Source: an uncultured delta proteobacterium
GTDB lineage: Bacteria > Myxococcota_A > Polyangia > Polyangiales > Polyangiaceae
NCBI GenBank assembly: GCA_963696385.1
Contig: CAVOKF010000005.1
Location: 1,376,001 to 1,440,000, forward strand
Direction: 5' to 3'
DNA: 64,000 bases
Part shown: positions 39,672 to 48,487 of the stretch, piece by piece
Numbering within the stretch: the first letter of the stretch is position 1
Layout: the number at the start of each line of letters is the position of its first letter
Program-made: the position numbers and the translations under genes
The notes under the pieces: generated by a model
The model's input: the letters and a program-made list of their open reading frames with translations, nothing else
Told to the model about the DNA's origin: nothing
Databases searched by the model: none

Positions 39672-40778
39672 TTACGTCTCGTCCGAGCTCGCGCGCGCCC
39701 GCTTGGCGCGGCGGGAAAAGCGTTCGAGTACGCCGTCCACGACATCGAAGAGTTCGCGGTTGCCGTCTTGCCGGTGCTTGGCCACGCGGCTCGCATACTT
39801 CGGCGCTTCGGCCAAAAAAAGCCGCAGTAGATCCGCTTCGATGCGGGGCGCTTCAAGGCCGTAACCAATGTGCTCGAGATAACGTGCATTGAGAACCTGC
39901 TCGTACTGGTTGCCGACCGGGACGCTCAGGATGGGCTTGCCGAGAAACAGTGCTTCGCCGATGAGCGATAGTCCGCCGTTGCACACGACCGCGCGTGCCG
40001 TCGCGAGGTCATCGACAAATCCGTCCTCGCTGAACTCTTTGAGAATGCAGTTCCCGCGCTTGGCATTTCTCCGGAGGCCGTAGACGACGAACTCTCGCTC
40101 GCGGACTTGCTCCAGCTCGTCGAGCAGCTTCGTATCGCTCGTCGAGGTTTGATAAACGAGCACATGGTCGCCGAGACGAGCACGTTTTTTCGCCTCGACG
40201 ATCGGGGCCCGGAGAATGGGCGGCACGAGCGTCGTATCCTTTCGGAAACGGTTGCGAATCGGCGCCTCGAAAAACGTGGTCACGACGTAGTGGCTGCAGC
40301 CGGGCAGCTTGGCTCGAACGAACGCCTTGGTCATTTGATAGTCGACCTTTACGCCGACCTTTGCGAACTTTCCGAGCCTGCAGCGGCTAATGATCTGTTG
40401 GTTGTCGATCGACACGATGGGGATCCGGTGCCGCTTGGCGAAGAGGTAAGCGAATGAATCGAAGTCGCTGATGACGACATCGGCCCGGAATCGGGCCACC
40501 TTGTCGAAGTAGGCTCCGACGTTGGTCGCGAGCATCCAGGGAGCGGCGAGGACGTTTCGCGCGAGCGTGCCGTCACGATCCACGCGGTTGTCGACGTAGC
40601 GAATGGTGAGCCCGCGGATTTCCACGACATCGTGGAACGACTTGGCCAACATCGCATGCGCGCGGCCACTGACGACGATCTTGACGTCGTGTCCCCGCTC
40701 GACGAGGTGCTCGCAGACGACCTTGCTGCGCGTCGCATGCCCCATTCCCTCGCCGACGACGCCGTAAAGGATGCGCAT
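39672..40778 (-). CDS. MJ1255/VC2487-family glycosyltransferase (GT-B)
   Basis: MRILYGVVGEGMGHATRS, VISDFD, SIDNQ, GG.SLIGEALFLGKP, NQYEQVLNA. Confidence 0.88.
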   Translation of the reverse strand: MRILYGVVGEGMGHATRSKVVCEHLVERGHDVKIVVSGRAHAMLAKSFHDVVEIRGLTIRYVDNRVDRDGTLARNVLAAPWMLATNVGAYFDKVARFRADVVISDFDSFAYLFAKRHRIPIVSIDNQQIISRCRLGKFAKVGVKVDYQMTKAFVRAKLPGCSHYVVTTFFEAPIRNRFRKDTTLVPPILRAPIVEAKKRARLGDHVLVYQTSTSDTKLLDELEQVREREFVVYGLRRNAKRGNCILKEFSEDGFVDDLATARAVVCNGGLSLIGEALFLGKPILSVPVGNQYEQVLNARYLEHIGYGLEAPRIEADLLRLFLAEAPKYASRVAKHRQDGNRELFDVVDGVLERFSRRAKRARASSDET

Positions 40779-40808
40779 GGCCGTGCACCACCCGAGCGCG
40801 GGTGCATC

Positions 40809-41570
40809 CTATCCGCGAATTCGGACCGACCAGGTCAGCTTCACGAGGCTCTTCATGACGTTCGGGACGCGCTTGAACAGGTTGATGCTGGGGGGCCGCT
40901 TCTCGATGACATGCACGGGCACTTCCTTGATGACGATCCCGCCGCGGTCTGCGCGGATGACGAACTCGCTGGCAAAGACGTCCTTGTCGATGAGGCATGC
41001 CCGAACGACGTCGAGCAGGGCCAGGCGCCGGAAAGCCTTGAGACCGTGCGTGTCCGTCCCACGGAAGCCGAGGAGCAACCTGAGCAGGGTCGAATAGGCG
41101 ATGCTCGCTGCATGCCGGATAAGGGGTCGCTCATCGGCAGAGCCTACGGCGAGTTTGCTCCCGATGACCAGATCGGCCTGGCCGGTCTCGAGAATGTCGA
41201 CGGCATGTCGGTGAAAGTCGGTGTCGCACAGGTCGATCTCGTCGCAGATGACGAGGTCGCCACGCGCGAGGAGGATGCCTTGCTTCAGCGCCTTGCCGTA
41301 GTTCGGTTCCCCTAAGCTGATGATCTTGACCTGTCCGTCGGCCTCGTCACCGTACTTGGCGGCGAGCTCGTGGCCGATCTCGACCGTCCGGTCCTTCGAG
41401 CCGTTCTCGGCAAGAATCACCTCATAGCTCCATCCGAGTGGCTTGAGCCGCTCCCGAAGGTCGACCACGGCGGCGTGCAGAATGGCCTGCTCGTTGTAGA
41501 TGGGAATGACGATCGAAATGTGCGGATCTGCCAAGTGAGGCATCGCGCGGGGTCGCTCAACGGCTGCCAT
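40809..41570 (-). CDS. Family 2 glycosyltransferase (DPM-synthase-like)
   Basis: SIVIPIYNE, ENGSKDRT, YGKALKQG, DEID, DLVIGSK, DTHGLKAF. Confidence 0.88.
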   Translation of the reverse strand: MAAVERPRAMPHLADPHISIVIPIYNEQAILHAAVVDLRERLKPLGWSYEVILAENGSKDRTVEIGHELAAKYGDEADGQVKIISLGEPNYGKALKQGILLARGDLVICDEIDLCDTDFHRHAVDILETGQADLVIGSKLAVGSADERPLIRHAASIAYSTLLRLLLGFRGTDTHGLKAFRRLALLDVVRACLIDKDVFASEFVIRADRGGIVIKEVPVHVIEKRPPSINLFKRVPNVMKSLVKLTWSVRIRG

Positions 41571-41693
41571 GGAAAGGTGCGTGCTAATTACGAGAAACGC
41601 GGCGGTTTGAATAGGGGCTGGCGACGATTTCGCGCCGCTCGCCGGACCGCCCCTGCACGGGGTGGCCTCCGTCCGCACGACGGAGGGTCTTGG

Positions 41694-42971
41694 TCAATCG
41701 AGGGTTGTCACGAGCGCCCGCGCCTCGACGATATTGTCCTCGATCGCGCAATAGGTCCAGCGCCCGTATCGCCCGAGCGACCAGACGCCGCGTTCCGCCA
41801 GCCGTTCGGAGATTTGCCTTTGCTCCGCAAGCGACGCCTGCGTGATGTGGACGTATGCGGGGTCCATGACCACCGAATGCTCGGCCACCAGGCGTTGGCC
41901 CTGGACGACGCCTTCGCGTTTCAAGTCGGCCAAGACGCGCTCCCGCACCGTGGCGCGGTCGATGGCCGCGTCTTTCGGAAACCCCACCTCGACGTACAGG
42001 CTCAAGCGATCGGCGTCGAAGATGTTGTCGTACCAGCCGACCCGATAAAACACGGTGGCCTTGTCCGGGTAGTACGTCCAGTGGACGTCGCGATCGCCCT
42101 TTGCGTCGAATCCGAAATTGAAGACCAAGACCTTGTTCCACGCCCAGGTCGAAGGGTCGCGGTCGATCCCGCAGAGTTTCGCGAAACGGTTGAGTGGCGC
42201 GCTCGAGACCAGGCGCTCGAAGCGGATTTGGCGGCGGTTCGTTTGTGCGATTTTGCGATCGAGGTCCACAGCGACCAGCGGCTCGGTGAGCGCGATGGCA
42301 CTCGAGCGGACGGCCGTCGCAATCGCGCGGACGTATTCGATGGCCCCGCCTTGAGGATAAGTGAACGTAGCGTTGTAGCTCGCGTTGTCGGGCCGCTTCA
42401 TGTTGCGCACGACGTCCGTCAAGTCGGCGTAGGGAAAAAAGCGGCCCATCGCATCCTTGTCGAGCGCCGCCAGGTCGCATGCATAAAGCTTCTCGTTGTA
42501 CGGAACGAGGAACCGCTCGCAGATGCCTTTGCCGAACCGGGCGTACAGCATCTCTTTGAAGTTCGTCTCGGGAGCGGGTCGCTCGCGGTCGACGTCGCTC
42601 GATCGCGCGAAGTAGAGGTCGTGGAGGCAGTCGATGAAGTCGTCTTGCGGCAGTTGATGGATGTTCTTCTGAAAGGGAAAATCGACGCGCCGCCCCCGAT
42701 ACGAGATGAACGACTTTCTCCGTATGACCCTCACGTCCTGTCCCGGCATGCGGTCACGCAGCCATCGTTCGATTTCGGCGTGCCGGAAATGAAAGAAGTG
42801 CCCCGAGTAATCCCAGACGAAGCCGTGGCTCTTGACGGTCTTGCACCATCCGCCGATTGCGCTTTCGGCCTCGAGGATCAGGTAGTCGTCATCGCCTCGT
42901 TCCGAGAGAGCCGCCGCCGTTGCGAGTCCGGTCACGCCGGCGCCCACGATGAGGGTGCGGATCGAATCCAT
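41694..42971 (-). CDS. FAD-dependent oxidoreductase (protoporphyrinogen oxidase / UDP-galactopyranose mutase-like)
   Basis: IVGAGVTG, IGGWCKT, WDYSGHFFH, PYNEKL, FTYPQGG, GRYGRWTY; GGAGGA RBS. Confidence 0.8.
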   Translation of the reverse strand: MDSIRTLIVGAGVTGLATAAALSERGDDDYLILEAESAIGGWCKTVKSHGFVWDYSGHFFHFRHAEIERWLRDRMPGQDVRVIRRKSFISYRGRRVDFPFQKNIHQLPQDDFIDCLHDLYFARSSDVDRERPAPETNFKEMLYARFGKGICERFLVPYNEKLYACDLAALDKDAMGRFFPYADLTDVVRNMKRPDNASYNATFTYPQGGAIEYVRAIATAVRSSAIALTEPLVAVDLDRKIAQTNRRQIRFERLVSSAPLNRFAKLCGIDRDPSTWAWNKVLVFNFGFDAKGDRDVHWTYYPDKATVFYRVGWYDNIFDADRLSLYVEVGFPKDAAIDRATVRERVLADLKREGVVQGQRLVAEHSVVMDPAYVHITQASLAEQRQISERLAERGVWSLGRYGRWTYCAIEDNIVEARALVTTLD

Positions 42972-42977
42972 CCATCC

Positions 42978-43004
42978 TCCGTTCCGTTCCGTTCCGTTCC
43001 TTCC
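42978..43004. repeat. Pentanucleotide tandem repeat (GTTCC)4 plus partial copies
   Basis: tcc-gttcc-gttcc-gttcc-gttcc-ttcc abutting the RBS of the oxidoreductase gene. Confidence 0.85.
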
Positions 43005-43088
43005 AAGCCGCGCTTCAGAGTTCCGTGTTCGCGGCATCGGCCCTCTAGCGCTTGCGGAATCCGCCGTCTAGAGCACATGTTCGACGCT

Positions 43089-44165
43089 CTAGGCGATGCG
43101 GCGCGCCCTTTGGTAACTGCCGAGGTGCTTTACCATGGGGCAAGTCGCGCGAAGCCGATCGATGCCGCGGATGACATTCGCGTCTTCGCGGTGCCCCTCG
43201 AGCTCGGCGAAGAATACGTAGTCCCAGGGCTTTTCGCGACTCGGTCGTGACTCGATGCGCAGCAGGTTGATCTCGGCTTCGTCGAACACGGTCAGGACGC
43301 GAAGCAGCGCGCCTCGTTCGTGCGCGTCCCGTAGGTTGAAGGCGATCGACGTCTTGTCGTTGCCGGTCCGCGCCGCGTCGATAGAAGAGACGATGACGAA
43401 ACGCGTGAAGTTCTCGGGATGATCTTGGATGCGCTCGCGAAAGACGGGCAGTCCGTAGATCTCGGAAGCGAGCCGGCTGGCGACCGCGGCGCCTTTGGGG
43501 TCCGTCATCGCCTCGCGAACCGCTGTGGTCGTCGAAGGGGATTGCACCAGTTGGGCGCCTCCCACGTTCTTCGCGAGCCACACGCGGCATTGCCCGAGCG
43601 GTTGGGCGTGCGAATAGACGCGCTCGATGGCCGCCAGGCTCGTCGTTCTCGTGAGAAGGCACTGCGACACCTCAAGCTCGAACTCGGCCCGAATGAGAAG
43701 ATCGCCGGCGACGAGCGCGTCGATCGCGTTCGGGACGGATCCTTCCGTCGAGTTCTCGATCGGAAGCACGCCGTCTTGCGCTTGGCGGCGCGCCACCGCG
43801 TCGAACACGCCGTCGAATGTCGTGGCTTCGAGGTAACTCGCGGCAAGGCCGAAGAACGCGCGCGCTGCGGCGTGGGAAAACGTCCCTTCGGGTCCAAGAT
43901 AAGCGACCCGGATCGGCTCTTGCAGAGCGAGACAGGCACTCATCACTTCGCGGAAGACGGCACGGATTGCGTCGGCAGGGAACTTTCCGGCACGCGCCGC
44001 CAGGCGATCGAGCACCAGCCGCTCGCGATCCGGGGCGTATGGGGGTAACCCCGCCAATCGCTTCTCGCGGGCGACGTCCGCCATGACGCGCGCACGGTCG
44101 TCGAGGAGCTCTAGAATGCGGTCATCGATCTCGTCGATGCGGGTTCGCAGTTCGTCCAAGGACAC
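43089..44165 (-). CDS. pheA: Bifunctional chorismate mutase / prephenate dehydratase
   Basis: LDELRTRIDEID, AYLGPEGTFS, PIENSTEG, SHAQPLGQC, NFTRF, IESRP, HLGSY. Confidence 0.95.
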   Translation of the reverse strand: MSLDELRTRIDEIDDRILELLDDRARVMADVAREKRLAGLPPYAPDRERLVLDRLAARAGKFPADAIRAVFREVMSACLALQEPIRVAYLGPEGTFSHAAARAFFGLAASYLEATTFDGVFDAVARRQAQDGVLPIENSTEGSVPNAIDALVAGDLLIRAEFELEVSQCLLTRTTSLAAIERVYSHAQPLGQCRVWLAKNVGGAQLVQSPSTTTAVREAMTDPKGAAVASRLASEIYGLPVFRERIQDHPENFTRFVIVSSIDAARTGNDKTSIAFNLRDAHERGALLRVLTVFDEAEINLLRIESRPSREKPWDYVFFAELEGHREDANVIRGIDRLRATCPMVKHLGSYQRARRIA

Positions 44166-44361
44166 GCACGAAACCTTAGCGCAGAGCGGCTTGGGGTCCA
44201 TTCCGCAAGACGCGCGAATCAATAAGTGCCATGGCGGGGTCTGAGCGCTGGCGCCCGGCCGCCCGTCGCGGTAACGGCTTCCTGGACGGGCTCTGTTTAC
44301 GGGCGCCACGTGGCCCACGTCTCGCAGAGCTCCCTGTGTCCTGAAAGGAGCGCGTGCACCG

Positions 44362-44877
44362 ATGGCTGAAGGCTTGAACCGTGTGATGCTGCTCGGCAAC
44401 TTGGGGGCGGATCCAGAGCTACGCGTGACGCCGGGCGGTCAGGCTGTCCTCAAGCTCCGACTTGCCACCAACGAGACCTACCTCGACCGCAACAACGTTC
44501 GCCAGGAGAGGACCGAGTGGCACCGTGTGACGATCTGGGGCCGCCGCGCTGAGGCGCTCGGCAAGATTCTGCAGAAGGGCGACCTTCTCTTCGTCGAAGG
44601 GCGATTGCAGACTTCGAGCTACGAGAAAAATGGAGAGAAGCGTTATTCCACGGAGGTCATCGCCAACAACGTCGTCTTGCCCGGCGCGGGGCGAGGGGCG
44701 CGGGGCGAGGGCGGACGCGCCGAGAGCGGGCGTCCCGAGGGCGCCCGCGAAGCGGGGGCCGCTGGGCGTGGGGTTCGCGACACGTCGGACGCTCCGTTCG
44801 ACGAATTCGCCGAAGTCGGGGCGGCGGCCGGATCCGGCGGCCCCACGAGCGGTGGCGACGACGACATCCCGTTTTGA
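44362..44877 (+). CDS. ssb: Single-stranded DNA-binding protein
   Basis: LNRVMLLGNLGADPELR, TEWHRV, VEGRLQT, C-terminal DDDIPF. Confidence 0.97.
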   Translation: MAEGLNRVMLLGNLGADPELRVTPGGQAVLKLRLATNETYLDRNNVRQERTEWHRVTIWGRRAEALGKILQKGDLLFVEGRLQTSSYEKNGEKRYSTEVIANNVVLPGAGRGARGEGGRAESGRPEGAREAGAAGRGVRDTSDAPFDEFAEVGAAAGSGGPTSGGDDDIPF

Positions 44878-44928
44878 ACGGTCGTCTCTTGCGAGACGCT
44901 CGGCGAGTCGCTACCTTGCTGGGCCGTC

Positions 44929-45174
44929 ATGAAGGAAGGCATCCACCCCGAGTACGGTCCGGCGCGCGTGGCATGCGCCTGCGGCAACGTCTTCGTCACG
45001 CGCTCTACCCACGGGGACATGCAGATCGACGTCTGCTCCGCATGCCATCCGTTTTATACGGGCACGCAAAAGCTCATCGATACCGCCGGCCGGGTCGACC
45101 GCTTTCGGAAGCGTTACGAAAAAAAGGTGCCTGCCGCGAGGGCCCTAGACCCGAAGGCCACTGAGGCCAAGTAG
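44929..45174 (+). CDS. rpmE: 50S ribosomal protein L31 (Zn-binding type A)
   Basis: [32 protein letters not shown]. Confidence 0.97.
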   Translation: MKEGIHPEYGPARVACACGNVFVTRSTHGDMQIDVCSACHPFYTGTQKLIDTAGRVDRFRKRYEKKVPAARALDPKATEAK

Positions 45175-45201
45175 CCCGGGCGCGCAAGAGAGCACTCAAC
45201 C

Positions 45202-46311
45202 ATGGCCTCCGAGCAATCGCGTCCGTACATCGGCGGGCAAGCGGTGCTTGAGGGTGTCATGATGAGGGCCCCTGCGGCCTTTGCCGTCGTGGTCCGACGA
45301 CTCGACGGCAGCCTTCACGTGCGAATGCGCGGCATGGCCGACCGGAAGGGCGGCCCCGCACGCTGGCCGTTTATCCGCGGAATCGCTGGCGTCGTCGACT
45401 CGCTCCGTCTCGGGAGCGAGGCGCTACGGTTCAGCGCCGAGCAGATCGAGACGGACTTGGCGGGTCATCCTGGGCGCAGCCCCGGCTTGGGGGTTCTTTC
45501 GGCGCTGGGGTTGACGGTGTTCGCGCTTCTGACGCACGAGGAGGGGGGGCCGGCCGATTGGGCGCCCGCATCGACCCATCGAGCGGGCGCCAGCGGGTTC
45601 GTGATGTTGGCGATTGCCATCGCTTTCTTCGTGGCGCTACCGCAGGGCGCCGCCGCGGCCGCCAACCGAATGTTTCAAATGGGCCTGGAGGTTCAGAGCG
45701 CCTGGTTTCAGGCGATGACCGGGGCTATCAAGCTCCTGGTCGTGGTGAGCTATCTGCTCGTCATCCGGCGCGTGCCGGAGATCCGTCGCGTATTTCAGTA
45801 CCACGGCGCCGAGCACAAGACGATCAGCACCTACGAGGCCGGCCTTGAGCTGACTGTGGAAAACGCCCGACCGAAGACGACCCTGCACCCGCGATGCGGC
45901 ACGACCTTCCTCGTCATGGTGGCGCTCGTATCGATCCTCGTCTTCACGGTGGTCGGTGCCGTGCTTCCCCGAATTCATACGGGAAACGCGCTGTTCGACA
46001 ACGTCGTGTTTTTTGGCGAGAAGTTGCCGTTTTTGCCCGTGCTCGTCGCACTGACCTTCGAGCTCCAACGCCTCTTTGCCAAACGGGCGTCGGGCGGCGC
46101 GTTGCGGGCGCTTCTTTGGCCCGGGTTCTTGGTGCAGCGAATCACGACGGCCGAGCCGGACGACTCCCAGCTCGAGGTCGCTCTTGCCAGTTTGCGCGCC
46201 ACGCTGGCCCGACCGGAGCGAGCTGACGGCGCGTTCAGCGCCGCCGACCGGCGCTATCCGAGCTTCGATGCGCTCGTCGCGGCTCAAGCGTCTGCGCGGG
46301 CGGCCCGTTAG
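45202..46311 (+). CDS. DUF1385 membrane protein
   Basis: IGGQAVLEGVMMR, FQYHGAEHK, HPRCGTTF, QRITTAEPD; usual rpmE-prfA neighbour. Confidence 0.92.
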   Translation: MASEQSRPYIGGQAVLEGVMMRAPAAFAVVVRRLDGSLHVRMRGMADRKGGPARWPFIRGIAGVVDSLRLGSEALRFSAEQIETDLAGHPGRSPGLGVLSALGLTVFALLTHEEGGPADWAPASTHRAGASGFVMLAIAIAFFVALPQGAAAAANRMFQMGLEVQSAWFQAMTGAIKLLVVVSYLLVIRRVPEIRRVFQYHGAEHKTISTYEAGLELTVENARPKTTLHPRCGTTFLVMVALVSILVFTVVGAVLPRIHTGNALFDNVVFFGEKLPFLPVLVALTFELQRLFAKRASGGALRALLWPGFLVQRITTAEPDDSQLEVALASLRATLARPERADGAFSAADRRYPSFDALVAAQASARAAR

Positions 46312-46361
46312 CTGCGACTTGTCGCCACCCGTGCAGCTCGGGCACGGTATGCTTTGGGGCC

Positions 46362-47486
46362 ATGCTTCCGATTGCCAAGCTCGAGCAGCTCGTGCGCCAC
46401 TACGGAGACCTCGAGGAGCTTCTCTGTCGCCCCGACGTCCTCTCGGACCGGCAGAAGCTGAACAAGTTGAACAAGGAGCGGAGCGATCTCGAGGCGCTCG
46501 TTGGGGCATTTGCCCGATACCGCGATCTGGACAAGAGGATTCACGACGACGAAGAGGCGCTCGTCGATCCAGAGTTGCGCGACCTGGCGCAGGCCGAGTT
46601 GCCGGACCTCGTCGGCGCACGCGAACGGCTCGAGCAGTCCATCCAGGCGCTCCTGCTGCCACCCGACCCGCATGACAAGAAGAATACCATTCTCGAGATT
46701 CGCAGCGGCGAAGGCGGCGAGGAGGCAGCCTTGTTCGCCGCGGACATCTTTCGGATGTATGCCCGGTACGCCGAGAACAAGGGGTGGAAGATCGACATAC
46801 TGTCGATGAGCGAGAGCGCGACGGGCGGGATCAAGGAATGCATCGGACTCGTGAGCGGGAAAGACGTGTACTCGCAGCTGCGCTTCGAGGGCGGTGTGCA
46901 CCGCGTGCAGCGCGTTCCTGCCACCGAGCAACAGGGCCGTATTCACACGTCGACGGCGACCGTGGCCGTGCTTCCCGAGGCCGACGAGGTGGACGTGCAC
47001 GTGGACGAGAAAGACCTGGAGATCAGCATCGCCGCGAGCGGCGGCCCGGGAGGGCAGGGCGTCAACACGACAAACAGCGCCGTTCAAGTCCTGCACAAGC
47101 CGAGCGGTATCATCGTCAAGTGTCAAGACGAGCGATCTCAGCTGAAGAACAAGGCAAAGGCACTGAAGGTGCTGCGCAGCCGTCTGCTCGATCTCGAGCG
47201 CGAAAGGCAGGATGCGAACGAAGCGCAAACTCGCCGCAACATGGTATCGACCGGAGAGCGTTCGCAGAAGATCCGGACGTATAATTTCCCCCAGAACCGC
47301 GTGACCGATCACCGCATCCGGCTGACACTCGCGAAGCTCGATCGCGTGATCGAAGGCGATTTGGACGAGCTCGTGACCGCGCTTCGGACGAGCTATCAAG
47401 CCGAGCGCCTGCAGCAAGCAGGGGTGCAGAGCGGGGCGGCGGCCGTCCGTTCGCCGGTTGCGTCGGACGAGGAGACCGAAGGTTGA
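46362..47486 (+). CDS. prfA: Peptide chain release factor 1
   Basis: GGEEAALF, GVHRVQRVPATE (PxT motif), GPGGQGVN, IRTYNFPQNRVTDHR. Confidence 0.97.
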   Translation: MLPIAKLEQLVRHYGDLEELLCRPDVLSDRQKLNKLNKERSDLEALVGAFARYRDLDKRIHDDEEALVDPELRDLAQAELPDLVGARERLEQSIQALLLPPDPHDKKNTILEIRSGEGGEEAALFAADIFRMYARYAENKGWKIDILSMSESATGGIKECIGLVSGKDVYSQLRFEGGVHRVQRVPATEQQGRIHTSTATVAVLPEADEVDVHVDEKDLEISIAASGGPGGQGVNTTNSAVQVLHKPSGIIVKCQDERSQLKNKAKALKVLRSRLLDLERERQDANEAQTRRNMVSTGERSQKIRTYNFPQNRVTDHRIRLTLAKLDRVIEGDLDELVTALRTSYQAERLQQAGVQSGAAAVRSPVASDEETEG

Positions 47487-47930
47487 ATGCGCGCGGCAGT
47501 CGATCGCGATGCCGTCGTCGTGGGTCTGACCCTCGTTCCAGGGCTTATTTCGCGCAATCGGAGCTATGCGCTTTTCGAGGACCCGGAAATGCGGCGCGCG
47601 CGCGTACGCTCGGCTTTGTTGCGCGGCATTGTTCGGCAGCTGTCGGGTGGCCAGGGTCAGGTGGAGGCCGTCGAAGTCGTGTCGCGAACCGGTGGTCGAG
47701 AGCTGCGCTACCGCCTCCCCGGCTTGCGGGTGCACCGGCGCGCCGTGCTGAGCGATGTCGAGTACGCTTGCATCGCCTACTTGGCCGGTCGCGCAAACGT
47801 ATCCGGTCTGCAGGCAAGCGACGAAGACCGGACCCGGATCGACGCCGCGCTGCGCCGCCTTTCAGCGGGGCTGAAGGTGACCGGAATCGATGGGTTCGAG
47901 GATGCGGGTGATCGGACACCGCGGCCCTGA
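47487..47930 (+). CDS. Hypothetical protein
   Basis: 147-aa ORF starting right after the prfA stop; protein-like composition. Confidence 0.65.
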   Translation: MRAAVDRDAVVVGLTLVPGLISRNRSYALFEDPEMRRARVRSALLRGIVRQLSGGQGQVEAVEVVSRTGGRELRYRLPGLRVHRRAVLSDVEYACIAYLAGRANVSGLQASDEDRTRIDAALRRLSAGLKVTGIDGFEDAGDRTPRP

Positions 47931-47948
47931 TAGGGTCGTAAGACGGCC

Positions 47949-48293
47949 ATGACCTCTTGTCTGTTCTGCAGCATCGTCGCGAGGACCACGCCCGCGGATA
48001 TCGTTTTTGAAGACGATGCCGTGATCGCGTTTCGCGATATCCACCCGGTGGCGCCTGCGCACGCTCTGGTCATCCCCAAGGCACACGTCTCGGGAATCGC
48101 CGACGCGCCAGCCGGTGACGCCGAGGGGCTCGGCCGCGTCCTCCTCGCTGCGCGCGACGTCGCTGTGAACCTCGGACTCGCGGACGGCGGCTATCGGCTT
48201 GTCCTCAACCAGGGGCAGGATGCCGGGCAGAGCGTCTTGCACCTGCACTGCCACGTGATCGGCGGGCGGTCGATGGCGTGGCCGCCGGGCTAA
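47949..48293 (+). CDS. Histidine triad (HINT) nucleotide-binding protein
   Basis: CLFCSI, AFRDIHPVAPAH, GQSVLHLHCHVIGGR, WPPG. Confidence 0.95.
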   Translation: MTSCLFCSIVARTTPADIVFEDDAVIAFRDIHPVAPAHALVIPKAHVSGIADAPAGDAEGLGRVLLAARDVAVNLGLADGGYRLVLNQGQDAGQSVLHLHCHVIGGRSMAWPPG

Positions 48294-48487
48294 TGGACCC
48301 CTAGTGGCCCAGCGAGCGGGCGTTCATGTCGGCCGAAGACGAGACACGGGGTGCACCGGAGAGCGCTGCGCCCGTACATGGGGCGCGCTGTCGGGGGAGG
48401 CGGGTCTACGCAGTGTGTTCTGCGTATCGACCTTGCACGATCGCGGATTCGGGCGAGCGCCTCGAGGGGTGACGCTGACTCGGGCAT

